Positions 13,138-15,149 of a stretch of 15,149 nucleotides of DNA are shown piece by piece (position 1 is the first letter of the stretch; every line of letters starts with the position of its first letter). The DNA comes from an uncultured Clostridiaceae bacterium (GTDB lineage Bacteria > Bacillota > Clostridia > TANB77 > CAG-465). Position numbers and translations under genes: made by a program. Below the pieces are notes generated by a model. It worked only from the letters and a program-made list of their open reading frames with translations. It did no database searches and was not told the DNA's origin. The stretch covers positions 1 through 15,149 of the forward strand of contig CAYXLQ010000020.1 in assembly GCA_964465775.1 (NCBI GenBank). Reading direction: 5' to 3'.

Positions 13138-14373
13138 ATGAATACAGTATACGAGGAGTTAAAATCTAGAGATTTAATCAAACAACTCCCTTTCGAAGAT
13201 GAATTTAAAGAATTAGTTAAAAACGAGAAGATTTCAGTATATTTAGGTATTGATCCTACAGCAGATAGTATACATATAGGACACTTTATACCACTTATGC
13301 TTATGTCATATTTCCAAAAGCATGGCCATAAACCCATTATTCTTATGGGTGGGGGAACTGCTATGATTGGTGACCCTTCAAACAAGACAGATATGCGTAA
13401 AATGCTTTCATTAGAAGATATTGAAAATAATGTTAAAAATATCAAAGAACAAGTAAGCCGTTTTGTTTCTTTTGAAGGAGATAATGGTGCTGTAATAGTA
13501 AATAATGCTGATTGGATTTTAGACCTTAATTATATGGATTTTATTCGTAATTACGGTATACATTTTAATGTTAATAGAATGCTTGATGCTGACTGTTTTA
13601 AAATGCGTATGGAAAAAGGTGGTCTTACCTTCTTTGAAATGAATTATATGCTTATGCAAAGCTATGATTTCCTTCACTTATTTGAAAACTATAATTGCAA
13701 ATTACAGATAGGAGGAGATGATCAGTGGTCAAATATGCTAGCTGGAGTAGATCTGATTCGTAAACTCCATAAAAGTGGAAGTTTTTGTTTAACATGTCCA
13801 TTATTACTTACTTCAAATGGAGTTAAAATGGGTAAAACAGAAAAAGGTGCTTTATGGCTTGATCCTAAAAAAACTTCTCCATATGAGTTTTATCAATATT
13901 GGAGAAATATTGGAGATTCTGAAGTTAATAGTGTTTTAAGAATGTTGACTCATTTAGAAATGGATGAAGTAAATAGGTTATCTAGTTTAAAAGATGAAAA
14001 AACAAATGAAGCTAAAAAAATTGCAGCTTATGAAATTACGAAACTAATACACGGAGAAGAAGAAGCTATAAAGGCAAAAAAAACTTCTGAGGATTTGTTT
14101 GAAAAAAAATCTAACAATGAAGATATGCCAATAGTAACTCTATCAAAAGAATTACTTGTAAATGATCAAATATCAGTTTTAAATATTCTAACTGCTATCA
14201 ACGTTGCTCCTTCTAAAGGCCAAGCTAGAATCTTAGTATCACAAGGAGGAATTTCAATTGATGCTGCAAAAATCATTGATGAAAAAGCAATTATACACAC
14301 ATCTGATTTTGAAAAAGGTTATATAGTATTAAGAAAAGGAAAAAAGGTATTCTTAAAAATTATAATCGAATAA
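13138..14373 (+). CDS. tyrS: tyrosine--tRNA ligase
   Basis: Track ORF trimmed to the ATG at 13138 (MNTVYEELKSRDLI...). It carries GIDPTADSIHIGHF (the HIGH motif), GGGTAMIGDPS, KMGKTE (KMSKS-type) and a C-terminal S4-like domain (ARILVSQGGISID). Length is 411 aa. Confidence 0.9.
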   Translation: MNTVYEELKSRDLIKQLPFEDEFKELVKNEKISVYLGIDPTADSIHIGHFIPLMLMSYFQKHGHKPIILMGGGTAMIGDPSNKTDMRKMLSLEDIENNVKNIKEQVSRFVSFEGDNGAVIVNNADWILDLNYMDFIRNYGIHFNVNRMLDADCFKMRMEKGGLTFFEMNYMLMQSYDFLHLFENYNCKLQIGGDDQWSNMLAGVDLIRKLHKSGSFCLTCPLLLTSNGVKMGKTEKGALWLDPKKTSPYEFYQYWRNIGDSEVNSVLRMLTHLEMDEVNRLSSLKDEKTNEAKKIAAYEITKLIHGEEEAIKAKKTSEDLFEKKSNNEDMPIVTLSKELLVNDQISVLNILTAINVAPSKGQARILVSQGGISIDAAKIIDEKAIIHTSDFEKGYIVLRKGKKVFLKIIIE

Positions 14374-14412
14374 ATAATGTTAGAGTCAGTATATTATTAA
14401 TACTGTATAATA

Positions 14413-14457
14413 AATGTTGGGGTGAGAAATAAAATTCTCATCTCAACATTCTTTTTT
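14413..14457 (+). terminator. intrinsic terminator of tyrS
   Basis: A 16-bp stem pairs 14413..14428 (AATGTTGGGGTGAGAA) with 14435..14450 (TTCTCATCTCAACATT), including two G-U pairs. The loop is ATAAAA, followed by C-TTTTTT (14451..14457). Confidence 0.75.
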
Positions 14458-14712
14458 ACATAAAAAATTGCAATTAAATCATTAATACCCTAACATAATA
14501 TTACTAGAATATTTGCTTTACAAGAGGGGATTAGATAAGGTTAGATAGCAAGTACAAAAAAACTTGATAAGAATACGAGAATACATTTCAAACATAGCAA
14601 ATATATTCTCCATAAAAGAAATACATATCTTCAGCTCGCGTTATCCTGTTTAAAAAGAATTTGATTAGTACTATTTTAGATATATTGGTAATTCATAATT
14701 AAAAATGTCTTT

Positions 14713-14750
14713 AAAAAAGTGAGGTGTAAGTAATTTTCATTACTCACACC
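14713..14750 (-). terminator. intrinsic terminator of the 123-aa gene
   Basis: A 12-bp stem with one mismatch pairs 14723..14734 with 14739..14750 around the loop TTTC. On the minus strand, 4 nt and then TTTTTT (plus-strand A-run 14713..14718) follow. Confidence 0.5.
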
Positions 14751-14777
14751 CCCAACATTTCACATTGATTCCAGTTT

Positions 14778-15149
14778 TTACATCAGACAATCATATAAAA
14801 CATCACCAAGATTAGTTATCCCGTCCTTTGTTATTTCATACTCAACTTCTTTTAAAGCTTCTTCAAGGTTTTCTCTGAACTTTTTAGTTATTCTGTCATC
14901 AGTGAGCTCTTTGACATCGTAGTAAATATTTTTAGATATATACTTTCCTTCTTCTGTCTTAAGTGTAAGTATAAGTTTTGCTGGCTCTCCACCAACTACA
15001 AACGAGCCATTGCCTCCTGCGTACGCTCTTTTAGGCCGTCTATTGCCTTTAACACCTTGAACAATACGAGCTCCTTCTCCAGGAATCCAGTCAAGTTCAG
15101 AAAAATGTGCCTTTACTTTATCTTTCTTAGTTTCATTAGATTTTTTCAT
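14778..15149 (-). CDS. hypothetical protein, possibly truncated at the window edge
   Basis: The 123-aa ORF has its ATG on the last three bases of the window, so the true start and upstream signals cannot be seen. A basic Gly-rich N-half (GVKGNRRPKRAYAGGNGSFVVGGEP) is followed by an acidic helical C-half. No family recognised. Confidence 0.4.
   Translation of the reverse strand: MKKSNETKKDKVKAHFSELDWIPGEGARIVQGVKGNRRPKRAYAGGNGSFVVGGEPAKLILTLKTEEGKYISKNIYYDVKELTDDRITKKFRENLEEALKEVEYEITKDGITNLGDVLYDCLM

Noticed and set aside
12855-13445. ORFs 12855..13169 (+) and 13044..13445 (-)
   Set aside because: The first is antisense to the yqeG-like gene and the second to tyrS. Both span the divergent promoter region and lack ribosome-binding sites.
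14518-14613. 31-aa minus-strand ORF (MENIFAMFEMYSRILIKFFCTCYLTLSNPLL) in the tyrS-distal spacer, considered as a type I toxin-like peptide
   Set aside because: It has no Shine-Dalgarno sequence upstream and no clear promoter on that strand. Its hydrophobic stretch is short, and its size is within chance expectation.
1-15149. Search for CRISPR arrays, rRNA or tRNA genes and riboswitch-like leaders
   Set aside because: I saw no regularly spaced 25-40 nt repeats, no tRNA-like cloverleaf segments, and no long structured 5' leaders. Intergenic regions are short and are accounted for by promoters and terminators, except for the 14458..14712 spacer reported above.

Overview
This is a very AT-rich chromosomal segment that reads like an endospore-forming low-GC Firmicute (Clostridia type). 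I can support nineteen genes. All family calls are by-eye motif recognition and none was verified by a search. The right ~11 kb is mostly core and sporulation genes: spoIIP; a DivIVA-domain gene; a three-gene spoVAC-spoVAD-spoVAE operon; a translationally coupled small-protein/CotF-like coat pair; an AMP-binding acyl-CoA synthetase; a yqeG-like HAD phosphatase / A24 prepilin peptidase / unknown membrane protein operon; tyrS with no room for a T-box leader; and an unknown 123-aa ORF at the right edge. spoVAE is absent from the ORF track because one extra C splits it. pgi sits between spoIIP and a TraX-family gene and has its own near-consensus promoter inside the end of spoIIP. The left 3.7 kb is the unusual part. 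It holds a T4SS-pilin-like small exported protein, a divergent membrane-anchored M23 peptidase also split by one extra C, two tandemly duplicated genes each encoding a two-OB-fold SSB-like protein without the acidic SSB tail, and TraX. Both frame disruptions are +1, and both lie at a CGG codon where skipping the C gives a Gly codon and restores a conserved motif. I saw no rRNA, tRNA, CRISPR array, transposase or integrase.
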